A stretch of 51,727 nucleotides of DNA from the NCBI RefSeq assembly GCF_001194135.2, contig NC_068983.1, forward strand, positions 69,982,090-70,033,816, in the 5' to 3' direction. The notes beneath the pieces are model-generated. The model searched no databases, was not told the origin of the DNA, and worked only from the letters and a program-made list of their open reading frames with translations. This document shows, piece after piece, positions 37,141 through 49,201 of the stretch; positions within the stretch are counted from its first letter, which is position 1, and every line of letters starts with the position of its first letter. The stretch comes from Octopus bimaculoides (lineage: Eukaryota). The position numbers and the translations under genes are program-made.

Positions 37141-37531
37141 TGTATGTATGTATAGCACTCCGTCGCTTACGACGTCGAGGGTTCCAGTTGATCCGATCAA
37201 CGGAACAGCCTGCTCGTGAAATTAATGTGCAAGTAGCTGATCACTCCACAGACACGTGTACCCTCAACGTAGTTCTCGGGGATTTTCAGCGTGACACAGT
37301 GTGACAAGGCTGACCCTTTGAATTACAGGTACAACAGAAACAGGAAGTAAGAGTGAGAGAAAGTTGTGGTGGAAGAATACAGCAGGGTTCGCCACCATCC
37401 CCTGCCGGAGCCTCATGGAGCTTTAGGTGTTTTCGCTTAATAAACACTCACAATGCCCGGTCTGGGAATCGAAACTGCGATCCTATGACCGTGAGCCCGC
37501 TTCCCTAACCACTGGGCCATTGCACCCCCAC
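37141..37531 (-). mobile_element. Family A SINE with (ATAC)n tail
   Basis: Full A/B boxes; near-perfect TSD AGAGTGAAACCT (37126-37137) / AGAATGAAACCT (37533-37544). Confidence 0.92.
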
Positions 37532-37953
37532 TAGAATGAAACCTATACAGGCTTCAAACTGAATGATCAGCTCATGAAAGAAAATCATACCAAAGTTAGT
37601 AAAAGACTGAGTATGGTGGATTAAGATGTGGTTTAGAATGTTGCAGTCACTGTTTAGCCCTGATTGAGTATACCTGTGATCAAATGCATTCTAGTCTTTT
37701 TCTTGTTAGATACAATGTATTTACTACTGCAATGAAGTACCTTTTCCAAGAGTGTAGGCTGGGATTTAAAGGAGATTTAATTGCTATTTTTACTTGATTT
37801 AATGACCAGCTAGTGTCTCTTCCATTGGGTTTGCTTGAATTTCAGCTCAGTTATGTACAGATGTGCAACAACAGATTCTTTGTTTCTTGTGAAGCTACTG
37901 CTGTAATGTTATGCTTCAAGAGAAAACAACTCCGATTTACCCTAACCAACTTT

Positions 37954-37995
<42 letters not shown>

Positions 37996-38377
37996 TTAGG
38001 GATAAAATCCAAAATTACAGGTAAAAACTCAATTAAAATCAATTTATTAAAAATTAAAATTAAATTAATGAGTTCATGAAGCTTGGTTCTTTGCCCTAAA
38101 ACTATATATTCATANNNNNNNNNNNNNNNNNNNNNNNNNNNNNNNNNNNNNNNNNNNNNNNNNNNNNNNNNNNNNNNNNNNNNNNNNNNNNNNNNNNNNN
38201 NNNNNNNNNNNNNNNNNNNNNNNNNNNNNNNNNNNNNNNNNNNNNNNNNNNNNNNNNNNNNNNNNNNNNNNNNNNNNNNNNNNNNNNNNNNNNNNNNNNN
38301 NNNNNNNNNNNNNNNNNNNNNNNNNNNNNNNNNNNNNNNNNNNNNNNNNNNNNNNNGTAATGTGAGCATTACCTTAA

Positions 38378-38488
38378 ATGCAATATGAAGAGCAATCTTC
38401 AGCTGCACGAAAAAAATGTAGAAAAAAAGACATATTACAAATGTGGCAACATATTAAAACCAAGTGGGAGAGAGCAGACGAAGAATAT
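38378..38488 (+). CDS. Candidate coding exon MQYEEQSSAARKKCRKKDILQMWQHIKTKWERADEEY
   Basis: 37 open codons from an ATG (or acceptor at 38402) to a perfect gtaagt donor. Lies on a 207-bp contig between two gaps. Product unidentified. Confidence 0.4.
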
Positions 38489-39212
38489 GTAAGTCCATCT
38501 TGACATAGCAGGGTGCAATCACTTTTGAAATCCGTGTTGCTTATTGTTTGATTTTAATCACCCNNNNNNNNNNNNNNNNNNNNNNNNNNNNNNNNNNNNN
38601 NNNNNNNNNNNNNNNNNNNNNNNNNNNNNNNNNNNNNNNNNNNNNNNNNNNNNNNNNNNNNNNTATATATGCATATACTCATTTACTATTTGTTTTTATA
38701 TATATATATATGTTAGGGTAAATCCTAGTTGTTGTCTCTTGAAGCGTATCTGCTTATTCCAATGTTACAATCAGTATGTATCCATAATTGGTGCTGTATG
38801 TGAGTCAAAATACATATTAAAATTGAGAATTAGAAAAGACTATTAGCATAGTTAATTTATAATGAAATAGGAAAAGGAAATAAAGAATACTAAAAGATTT
38901 CCATTTTCCTATTTTGTTACACACACACACACACATATCTTGAGGCAGTGATGCAAGAGTTCATGACTGAATGTCCTTGACAGACCTAATTGAATTGTGC
39001 AATAGCTTGATGCTGATTGGCTGCTTAATAGACTGATCTCTTGAAACTATTGTGGCTGGCTCATGATATCTGACTGGCTAACTAGCAGTTTTGAATCACG
39101 ACTACACTTGGACCTAAGTGGTAGTTAGGAACAGATTGCACAAAATCTCAATAACATTTCGGAAATAACTTCTGTCACTCAGAATGATGAAAGGGAGGAA
39201 GTTAGAACTTAA

Positions 39213-39708
39213 CCCTTTGGCATTTAAACCAGTCGCATCCAGCCCAAATATTCTACTTGTTTTATGCTCAAACGTGGAGGCGCGTGGCTTAGTGGTTACT
39301 GTGTCAGCATCATGATCATAAGATTGTGGTTTCGATTCCTGGACCCTGGCGACGCGTTGTGTTCTTGAGCAAAACACTTCATTTCACGTTGCTCCAGTCC
39401 ACTCAGGTGGCAAAAATGAGTAACGCTGCGATGGACTGGCGTCCCATCCAGTTGGGAAACTCATACGTCATTGAAACCGGGAAACTGGGCCCATGAGCCT
39501 GGCTAGGCTTTAAAAGGGCGCATTTATTTATTTATTTTTTATGCTCAAACCAACTAGATCTGGCCTTTCACATCTACCCTACAATGTCATTTTAAAAATT
39601 AACAGTCACATCATTAAAATTTCAAAGCTACGAGATGCGCATGATTAATTCAAAGCAATATGAATAAAACAAGCATTAGATTTGATTGAATAACCTGAAG
39701 CTATAAAG
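39213..39708 (-). mobile_element. Second copy of the piggyBac-type MITE, interrupted by a different SINE
   Basis: TTAA|CCCTTTGGCATTTAAACC at 39209 and degenerate ..TAAAG|TTAA at 39709-39712; interior is the reverse complement of 3354-3970. Confidence 0.75.
39274..39536 (+). mobile_element. Young tRNA-derived SINE, family C, with (TTTA)n tail
   Basis: A box GTGGCTTAGTGG, B box GGTTTCGATTCC; perfect 14-bp TSD TTTTATGCTCAAAC at 39260-39273 and 39537-39550. Confidence 0.92.
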
Positions 39709-40199
39709 TTAATATGTTAGCTGCCTCACATGTATAAGAATTGTTAGTTTTCAGAACGTTGACAAAGTGAAGCATTCAGACTCATCACATTGCTTGCTAA
39801 AAGTTGTAGATAGTTGCTGGAACTTTGAGGACCTAACTGATATTAGAAGTGGTTGTAGTGAAAATAAGTATTTAACGTAAAAATGGAGATGGAAGAATTT
39901 CATGGAGGTGTTATCTTTGTAATAAAATATTTTCTCATTCTATGTAACTGGTAAAATTTTGTATAAGAAGTTTGATATTGCATGGTAGAGACAGATGTTG
40001 TTATTTAACTTCAGGTCAGCTCTGAGCAGAACTGTAACCAAGGACATTCCAACCATGACTATCACAAGCTTTTCTTTTTTCAAGCATAATGTTTCTAGGA
40101 CTACAATATTCACAGTGTCCTTCCTTTTTTAAAAAATAACAAGGTGTAATATGAGGAAGATTTTACTGTTATTTCTAGCAGTTTGAGTAACAACTAAAG

Positions 40200-40565
40200 G
40201 TTCAATTGTAGTAAAGGTGGAAGAGACATGATTTAAGATCCATCAGAAATACATAATTAGTGAATGTATGAGGGAGAATGTAAGAGAGCTGATAACATGA
40301 GTTGGAAATAAAGGCAATGTGTGCAGATGTGAATGTGTTGCTTCTGACATGTAACAAAATTTACAGCTGCTGATTGAGAAAGGTGCTATATATTCAGAGT
40401 GAAGGGTACTTGTGAAAAGAGGAAAACCAAGGAAGATTTCAGAAGTGATGACATCAGTCCAGTGTATGTCGGTTCTCACTGATACAGTGCCACAAAATCT
40501 ATATGAATGGCAATATGCAGTTATTCATTTACAGCCCTGCCAATGTTAGTATGGAAGAACAGGTG
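40200..40565 (+). mobile_element. Old RTE LINE 3' remnant
   Basis: GTGAAGGGTACTTGTGAAAAGAGGAAAACCAAGGAAGA and GAATGGCAATATGCAG..CCCTGCCAATGTTAGTATGGAA match the RTE end. Confidence 0.55.
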
Positions 40566-41159
40566 TATGTGTGTGTATATATATATTATATATATGTACA
40601 TAAATGTGTGTGTGTGTACCTACATATATATCTATAAGCGTAATATCATCACTGCCATCATCTATAGCTATATATCAAAAGGGTGTATATTCAAGGTGTA
40701 ACAGATGTACAGCAGATGCCTTCAACAATCATAAAGTAATGATTTAGTAATTTTATTTATTGCATGGTAATTAAATGACAAATTTATATAAATTGCAATT
40801 TATTATAATTTATTATTATGCCAGTAGATTTTTACATTCATTAAGCACTGAGCTAGCCTGTCATCACTCCTTTTATATTTTATTACCAGTAGCCTATACT
40901 ACAAACATTTGGTTAGATAGCAGTATGCAGCTTTCAGAATAAGCAGTTTTAGACAGAGATATGGTGTGAGTGATGTCTTAACAAGGGAGCTTGTGCATAT
41001 GTACTTGATGTTCTAAATACAGCAGCCACGTCTCTGTCAAATTACATCCTACTGTCTTAAATAAGAAAGGATACATCGGACAAATAGGCCTGGATATATA
41101 AAAGATGAAATGGTTATGGCTAGAGTGTCTTTTATAGTAGGTCCAGGGAAGGTGTTCTA

Positions 41160-41307
41160 GAGGTGTTACCAGCAATGACAGAACCATTAGAAGAGTGTGA
41201 ACTCCCAAGGAGAATATTTTGAAGGTGATTAAATAAAATTTGTGAAATGCACAAAATGGTTTTTTTTTTTTATGCCCAAAAGTTGGATAGTTTTTGAACA
41301 CACTTTG
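41160..41307 (+). mobile_element. Mariner 3'-terminal fragment
   Basis: KSVNSQGEYFEGD* (41191-41232) is the mariner transposase C-terminal motif, followed by a TIR-like GGATAGTTTTTGAACACAC. Confidence 0.7.
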
Positions 41308-41467
41308 ACCTGAGGTGAAACAATAATAACTACCAGAGGAAGTAAAATAGCGAGAGAGCAGCTCCTAACTTGGTTAAAATGTGTAGGAATAATGTGATTT
41401 AACCTTATGTTCTAAATTGATTTCACTTTTCTACTGTTTAATACTGTATGCTGTTATATAATTTAAT

Positions 41468-41648
41468 CCTTCCTACTATAGGCACAAGGCCTGAAATTTT
41501 GGGGGAGGGGATTAGTCGATTATGTCGACCCCAGTGTTTCACTGGTATTTGATTTATTGACCCTGAAAGGATGAAAGACAAAGTCAACCTTGGTGAAATT
41601 CGAACTCATTTCGTCCAGCGTGCTAACGATTCTACCAGCTTGCTGCCT
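41468..41648 (-). mobile_element. Internally shortened GAGCTGGCAG-family SINE with a 21-bp TSD
   Basis: TATGCTGTTATATAATTTAAT at 41447-41467 and 41649-41669. Confidence 0.9.
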
Positions 41649-42089
41649 TATGCTGTTATATAATTTAATGTTAATATAGTATTTAGTTTACTATATTTCA
41701 GTTCTCTGGTATACTATTGACATATAGCTATAGTTTTTCAAATACTGAAGGCTAGTAAAAGATACTGTGTTCATTGTAACTATTAATTCTAAGTATCTTA
41801 TAACATACAGAGGCTAACATAATTTATAAACAAACATTAGTATTGTTGTGTCACTGAAGACTAGGTCTTTGGATTTATTTGTTGTTCACATTCCTGGCAA
41901 GAAAAAAATATTAATGATATAGTAGTCAAAGGGATAAATGTGAAATATGGTCATTACTAGTTGAAACGGTGTGCAACTTAGTAAAACACATGCTTCTCAA
42001 ATTATAAACATTAGTGGTTGAGAAAGCTAGTGGTGCACTACATCAATAATTAGCGAGAATAAACACTTCAAAAGTGCAATAAATTGATT

Positions 42090-42590
42090 TCATCATCATC
42101 ATCATCATTATCATCATTTACGTCTGTTTTCCTTGCTGGCATGGGTTAGATGGTTTGACTGAAACTAATAAACTGGAGAGCTGCACCAGGGTCCAGTCTG
42201 ATTTGCCATGGTTTCTACAGTTGGACGCCATTCCTAATGCCAACTACTCCAAGAGTGTATTGAGTGCTTTTTACATGCCACTGGCATGAGTGTCAGTTAT
42301 GCGACACCAGCGTCAGCCACAGCTACACTTTCACTTAGCTTAATGAGTCTTCTCAAGCACAGCATATCGCCAAAGGTCTCAACCAATTATCATTGCCTCT
42401 TTGATGCCCCATGTTTGAAGGGCACTTTTTATGTGCAACCAGCATGGGTACCTGTTACATGACACCAGAATTGGCCATGGCTATGGTTTCACTTGGCTTG
42501 ATGAGTCTTCTCAAGCATAGCATATTGCCAAAGGTCTTGGTCACTTGAAATTGTCTCCATGAGGCCCAACATTTGGAGATCGTGCTTGAA
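42090..42590 (-). mobile_element. RTE-tail element with an internal ~160-bp tandem duplication
   Basis: (CAT)n, then the RTE 3' UTR in reverse; GAGTCTTCTCAAGCA.AGCATAT.GCCAAAGGTCT occurs twice. Confidence 0.8.
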
Positions 42591-42727
42591 AAAAAGGAAA
42601 TGTATTACATTTCATCCGAACTTCTCTAATCATAGCTGAAGCTCATAGAATTAAAGGTTTGCAGTAATTACGGTTATATATTTTCTTCAGTCAGAATGTA
42701 GAGAAGACATTGTTTAATTGTCTAAAC

Positions 42728-43046
42728 CAGGCCTGGCCAACTTGAATTACATTATGGGCCACTTTAATCACAGAAAGTTTTATGAGGGCTGCTTGTATAC
42801 TGATGGAATTGAAAGCATTTTGCTTTCTCATGCTATTATTACAAAAATGAATGAATGATTGTTGATTCAACATGAAATATTATCGTTGTGAAAACAGTTG
42901 TATCTTCTTTACTTTTCATTACAATCTTTAATTTTTGATAAAATTTAAAAAATGTTTGTTTAAATAAACCCATATCATGAAAGCATCAAACAGGCCACAA
43001 GATAAAAGTCACATGTGGCTCGTGGGCCTCAGGTTGGCCAGCCGTG
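42728..43046. mobile_element. hAT (Charlie-type) MITE
   Basis: TIRs CAGGCCTGGCCAAC / GTTGGCCAGCCGTG; 8-bp TSD GTCTAAAC (42720-42727) / GTCTAATC (43047-43054). Confidence 0.85.
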
Positions 43047-43419
43047 GTCTAATCTAATCATATTTTTAATGTAAGAACATGTAAAAGCCATTCTTAGTTC
43101 CTTCAGCTATTGGGAGTTTCTAAAGTGTTTATGGTATTTTATAAGATCATATCTATCTTCATATTCTTGCAAACTCTAGTCATGTTCCATAAACATTATA
43201 TAAATTATGATTCACCATTCTTTTAATCTTTCATGAGTTTTCCCTCATTAGCATGTGCTGATGCTGTTGCAATAACGTCATGGGTTTCGTAGATCATTTG
43301 TTATACTGCTATGTTACATAAAGAGCTAAAACATAAACAACACTAGATTTTAGACATAGATACAGATACACACAGAGACATGAATGTATATATGAGTGTA
43401 TTTATGCATGTATATATGC

Positions 43420-43778
43420 TCTTTTACTCCTTTACACATTTCAGTCATTTGACTGCAAGCCATGCTGGAGCACTACCTCTGTTGAAGAAATCGACCCCAG
43501 GAATTATTCTTTGTAAGCCTAGTACTTACTCCCTTTTGCTGAACTGCTAAGTTTTGGGGACATAGGCACACCAACATTGATTGTTTGCGCATGAGCGCAC
43601 ACACACACACACACAGTACACAATACACTCCAGTGCAGTTTCCACCTATGACATTTTGTGTATAATACATTGATCAACCCAAGGCTGCAGTAGAAAACAA
43701 TCCAAAGTGACATTCAGTATGCTGAATGCAGAATTATGTCGTTGTGAAGCAAACATCTTTACCGCATAGTTGTGCCTT
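43420..43778 (-). mobile_element. tRNA-derived SINE (same family as 43919)
   Basis: CATTTGACTGCAAGCCATGCTGGAGCAC..TTTCCACCTA.. is the reverse complement of the neighbouring copy. Confidence 0.8.
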
Positions 43779-43918
43779 TACTTAAAAATATATATCTGTA
43801 TTAATTCTTCTTCTTCTTCCTCCTCCACTGTTACTACTGCTGGGGGAGGGTTTGAAAGGTGGGGAAAGGTGGCTTTATGCTAGGTGTTTAGGGATTAAAG
43901 TATTTTATATATATACAT

Positions 43919-44252
43919 GCAGGAGTGGCTGTGTGCTACCAGCCACATGATTCCAGGTTCAGTCCCACTGTGTGGCACCTTGGGCACGTGTTTTCTACTA
44001 TAGCCTCGGGCCAACCAAAGCCTTGTGAGTGGATTTGGTAGATGGAAACTGAAAGAAGCCCGTCGTATATATGTATATATATGTGTGTGTGTTTGTGTGT
44101 CTGTGTCTCTCTCCCCCCTCCCCCCAACATCACTTGACAACTGATGCTGGTGTGTTTATGTTCCCGTAACTTAACAGTTCGGCAAAAGACTAAAGGTGGT
44201 GCTCCAGCATGGCCATTGTCAAATGACTGAAACAAATAAAAGAGTAAAAGAG

Positions 44253-44254
<2 letters not shown>
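43919..44254 (+). mobile_element. tRNA-derived SINE (GGAGTGGCTGTGTG family)
   Basis: CAGGTTCAGTCCC (B box)..GCACCTTGGGCA..GGTAGATGGAAACTGAAAGAAGCCCGTCG..GCTCCAGCATGGCC..AAAGAGTAAAAGAG tail. Confidence 0.88.
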
Positions 44255-44289
<35 letters not shown>

Positions 44290-44382
44290 TAAACATCCCC
44301 ATTTGTGTTCTTCTTATACACCTACACCACACCAGGAATCAACCCCAAGATGGATCTGCAGTTTATGTCGGATTTTGGACAT

Positions 44383-44800
44383 ATCATCATCATAATCATC
44401 ATCATCATCATCATCATCGTTTAACATCTGCTTTCCATGCTGACATGGGTTGGACGGTTTGACTGAGGACTGCCAAGCTAAAAGGCTGCACAAGGCTCCA
44501 GTCTGATCTGGCAAGGTTTCTACAGCTGGCTGCCCTTCCTAATGCCAACCACTCCAAGGGTGTAGTGGGTGCTTTTTATGTGCCAGTCAGGTGGCACTGG
44601 CATTAACCACACTCGAATGGTGCTTTCTATGTACCACCAACAGAGGAACCAGTCAGGCTGCATTGCCATCGACCATGCTCCAATGTGCTCTTTGCGTGGC
44701 ACTGGTACAGGCTCCAGTTAGGTGGAACTGGCATTGGCCACAACTACGATTTCTCTTGACTCGACAGGTCTTCTCAAGCACAGTATATTGCCCAATGATT
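44383..44800 (-). mobile_element. RTE 3' UTR/tail fragment with about 3 tandem units
   Basis: Reverse complement of 17300-17699. Confidence 0.88.
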
Positions 44801-44804
44801 TAAG

Positions 44805-44873
<69 letters not shown>

Positions 44874-45276
44874 AGAAGCAGTGCATTGTAGCAGAATTTT
44901 TGACTGGAGTCAAATATAACTAAATACTCTAAATCATTGTGTGAGTGTCTCCATAAGAGGAGTCAAGACTGGCTAGTTTGTACTGACATCGAGTCGCATT
45001 AGCTGTAATGATGAAGACTAGCCAAAGAATGAGATTTTGGAATCATTTAATTTGTGCATTTCAGATTTGTATTATATATTATAGGAAATGCAGCCATTAT
45101 GTAAACCTTTCTCAGATAAGACATTTCAAAAATATTTCGAAGATATCTTTGAAATGCTTTGACTGAGGAAGGTTTACATAATGGATGAATTTTCTATTAT
45201 ATATTATGAAAATCTGAAACATACATACTAAATGATTTCAAAATATTGCTATTTGGTTCAACTTCATTATTACAAC

Positions 45277-45294
<18 letters not shown>

Positions 45295-45324
<30 letters not shown>

Positions 45325-45401
45325 TGTATGTATGTATGTATGTATGTATGTATGTATGTATGTATGTATGTATGTATGTATGTATGTATGTATGTATGTA
45401 T
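45295..45401. repeat. (TATG)n microsatellite
   Basis: Directly visible. Confidence 0.99.
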
Positions 45402-45838
45402 TGCTGTGCTGAAGATTTATTTTTACATGTTTGCATGTGTAAGCAGAATAGTTTGATTATTACAACAATTGCTTTTACGATAAGATGTACTTCACACCTC
45501 CTTTCTTCCCACTTCTAAATTGTAGAATCTGACCTTTTTTCAGCAAGAGGTGGTGGTAATGGTGGTGGTGGTAGTGGTGGTGGTGGTGGTGGTGGAAGAT
45601 TAACTCTGTGATGGACTGGTATCTCATTTAGTGAGGATTATTGTATTCTTTGTCTCTTAAACTTAGAAAGTGGAATAACGAACCTGTCAGACTGCGATAA
45701 ACCTATGACAAAGACTTGTGATAGAGAAGACAGATTCTTGGCACGGTATAAGGGTCTATGCACAGGTTTTACATTAATATTTAACTGAGCCGATGAGTAA
45801 GCATCGATGTAGTTTTAATCCAATTAGAAGTAGCAACT

Positions 45839-46183
45839 AAGTTTTGTTTTAAACAAAAATATTAAACTTTATACAATTGACTAAGTGTTAAATAATATAT
45901 CTGCTAACATTAAATATCAATTGAATTAATATAAAAATACATATTTACTTAGTTAGAATATTAACTAATAATCAAAGAAATTATATAAAAAACTACTTAT
46001 TTATCCCATAAATCATAAAGAAATTGTAAACCATATTATTGGAAATAAATGCAACACTAAACTAAACTAATTGAAGTTTTGTTTTAAACAAAAATATTAA
46101 ACTTTATACAATTGACTAAGTGTTAAATAATATATCTGCTAACATTAAATATCAATTGAATTAATATAAAAATACATATTTAC
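45839..46183 (+). repeat. Perfect 110-bp direct repeat (45839-45948 and 46074-46183) with a 125-bp spacer
   Basis: The two copies read identical base by base; very AT-rich. Confidence 0.95.
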
Positions 46184-48158
46184 CCAATCTATGATAAAAA
46201 ACATTTAACAATATTATTGTTGGTTGATATATACATTTTATTATTATTATTGTTGTAATTTGATCTGAAGATTAGTTATATTTTTTAATAGAATTGATTT
46301 TCGATCGATTTAATCGATTTGATTATATTTTATTTTCTATTTGAAAACTTGGTTATGAAACATGTGTAGTTGTTTTATTATTATTATTTTATGATTTTTA
46401 CTTTGTATTTTATTATACTTATTTATCGTGTATTTACTTATTAATTTTTTCTATATGTGACTGTGGATTTTTATGGATGAATTCATGAACTTTGGTTCTT
46501 TTCTCTAAATCATATATTTATATAAAAACCTAATTTCAAGCAACTGTTTACAGATCAATTTTTAGACACTATGTTCTAAACCAGGCAAAATATGTAGGGG
46601 ATGCAAATTTTGATTTTGCAGCCCACCAAATTTTAGTGAGTGCAAACATACTAGCTGCACCTCTGTTCCTGGGATCTTGGTGGCAACAGCAGTTAGCTCT
46701 TGCAAATAATCCATGTGTTTGCTTATAGTCCAGAATTCTGGAAGTGTGAGGAAAGTTCTGACATAATATCAACATCTGTTCAACCAAGAAAAATATAGAT
46801 TAGCTGTCTACTTAAAATTTAATTTTTAGTCAGTTAGTCAATTACATCTCGTATAAGAACACTGTTGCTTATGTTTCATCAATGTTTTCTAATTGCCAAT
46901 AGAGTTAATGTTTCATTGCTTACAAATTCAATAACATTAATGCTGTTTGAATGTGTTCTGATTGAATTAACAGCTATTTATTATCATCAGAAAGTCAGTT
47001 TGGGGTATTCTGAACTGTTCAATTTCCTATTTCTGGTTATAATTGAAAGCCTTTAAACTTTTGGCTCTATTGAACTTATAGGCTATTTTGAATTGATAGG
47101 TTACATTAAATTATAGGCTACATTCAGATTAGACTAAAGCAGTCTCTAAATGTTGGTCCTTTTACAAGACTCATATTTGAAGGTAAGAAGGTAAGGCAAT
47201 TAATTGGCAGAATCTTTAAGGTTTCATACAGAATACCATGTAATCATTGTTCCAGACCGGTACACTCTGAGTTCCAATCCTGCCCAAATCAACCTTGCCT
47301 TTTATCCTTTCAGGAGCCAATAACAAAAGAATTAGTGGCTATTCTTCTGTCTTTCTCTGTTTGTACTTGTAATGCAGAAGCTTAACCCTGTCACTTTGTG
47401 ATATTCTGATTTAGCCATAGAATTGTGTTAAGAGTACATGTCTCTGGAATATGCAGCTATTTATGTGCTAATTTCATAAGCAGGTAATTAGTCAAACAAA
47501 TGCACATCATCAATACTGATGGATAATCCATTACTGAATGAAGGTAAGCATACATGCATATACAAATGCTTTCCCTGCATGCTAATATCAATGAACAGGG
47601 AAGACAAGCCAATGAACATACTTCTAAATGGTTACTTGACCTACTAGAAATAGCAGCTGAATCTCTCTCCAGTCATGTCCTACCATCTGAAATAAAGAAA
47701 AATACATTGAAAAATGTAGTCTCCAATATACAAGAGAAAAATGGACGGTCAAGGCTGGAACATCTATAATCAAATGTATGCTAGAGCTGACCTGGGGGCT
47801 AAACACTATCGTCATCACTAACACACAAATAAAAACACACATTGATATCAATACATATATTAGTGTGAATTAATGAAGATGTCTTGAGAAATGCATCGTT
47901 AATTACATTAATGTTAAGTCTCCTCTGATAATATCTGAATCAGCAATACCCATCTCACAGAACAGCCATTCAAGAAATTTTCATGCATGTGTTCATATGA
48001 CTTATAGATTTCAAGTTTAGTAACTTTTTACTGGGCAATACCACTTCTTTTAGACTTGCACAATTTCTTATATTTTTGGATATTTAGCAATTTCATTGAT
48101 GTTTCATATTAGGTGTACTGTCAATATGTACCATTGGTTATTTTGAGGGTCAGATATA

Positions 48159-49053
48159 TAAGGTGGTATCAAATAGTTCCCACACTGGTTCTATAGTACA
48201 CCAACAGATGGCAGCATGTGGTTGTGTGTACAGTAAGAACCAACAGGGACCTTCTTGAGGCAGTGTGCCAAATGACATTGCTGTGCTTCATTCGCAAGTT
48301 GTGAAATTTGTGTTTTTGTGATCATTGCTGTAGCCTGTGGTTTTGTCATAAACAAAGAGCCAATGTGAAATTTTGTGTTAAACTTGAGAAGTCTGATACG
48401 GAGACATTGAACATGTTTTGGCAATGAGTTGTATGCAATGTTTCGAGTGGCATGGATGCTTCAGTAACAGAAGAATGTGCTTGGAAGAGTGTCCTTGAAA
48501 GACAATGAGTGATATGGAAGACCTGCCATGAGTGCCATCCTTGGAAATGTGGTATTGTGCATCAAGAATTCGTCCCCCAGTGCCAGGCCACCAATTGAGA
48601 GTTTTACTGCAATGTTTTGAAGCATTTGAGGGAGGACAGTTGGCAAAAGTGACTAGATCTGTGGTGCACAAAGAATTGGATTCTTCATGATGACAGTGCA
48701 CCCTGTCATTGAGCTCTTGTCACATGTGAGTTTCTCACCAAAAACAACATCATGTCACTTCTGCACCCACCCTATTCGCCAGATTTAGCACCTGCACACT
48801 TCCATCTCTTCCACAAGAAGAAAATGCAGCTCAAAGGTCACTATTTTAACTCTGTTGTCAAGATGCAGAGTGAATCACTGAAGGTTCTTGACTCAATTAC
48901 AGAAAATGACTTCCAGGCTGGATTCTAAAAGTGACGGGAACACTGGGACCTGTGTATTACTGTGCAAGGTGACTATTTTGAAGGAGATGATTTTAAAATA
49001 AGTTTTTTTTTTATTAAACATAACTAGTCCAGGAACCTTTTAATACCACCTTG
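48159..49053 (+). mobile_element. Internally deleted, decayed mariner (DD34D-type) transposon
   Basis: ~30-bp TIRs (AAGGTGGTATCAAATAGTTCC / GGAACCTTTTAATACCACCTTG). Transposase remnants RANVKFCVKLEKS, GIVHQEFVP, ILHDDSAPCH, HPPYSPDLAPAHFHLF, QGDYFEGD. Confidence 0.93.
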
Positions 49054-49138
49054 TTAGTTAGGATTTAGTACTTATTTTTTTTAATGGCTTTGTCAGTGGA
49101 GTATAAACAGTAATCCTGACGCTCTCCAGTATCTCCAG

Positions 49139-49201
49139 GTGGGAGAAAAGGACAAAGTTATTTGCAGTCCACATGCTTGCAACACTCCACTAAAGGCACA
49201 C
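49139..49201 (+). CDS. Candidate 63-nt exon VGEKDKVICSPHACNTPLKAH
   Basis: gctctccagtatctccag| acceptor and CAC|gtaggt donor; length is a multiple of 3; open in phase 0. Confidence 0.3.

Noticed and set aside
38357-38410. Second hammerhead (minus strand CUGAAGA-UUGC..GCA plus a GUAAUG/CAUUAC hairpin)
   Set aside because: No GAAA after stem II, and stem I' would fall in the gap.
38378-39200. Resemblance of KDxxxxWxxxxxKWE (plus 39129-39200 EQIAQNLNNI) to CINP
   Set aside because: The conserved ADWHN motif is missing and the second exon has poor splice sites; too weak to assign a symbol.
39755-39880. Open 41-codon frame after a strong ttttcag acceptor
   Set aside because: LKVVDSCW..DIRSGCSE is a decayed RTE (LEVVDSFCYLGD..GGGCSE) fragment.
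45839-46440. Mitochondrial control-region NUMT
   Set aside because: No mitochondrial gene, tRNA or rRNA sequence is recognisable; AT-richness alone is not evidence.
46470-46515. Hammerhead in the (CTGATGA)GTTCATGAAC motif family
   Set aside because: GAAC instead of GAAA, no valid stem II closing pair, and no intact CUGAUGA in any copy here.
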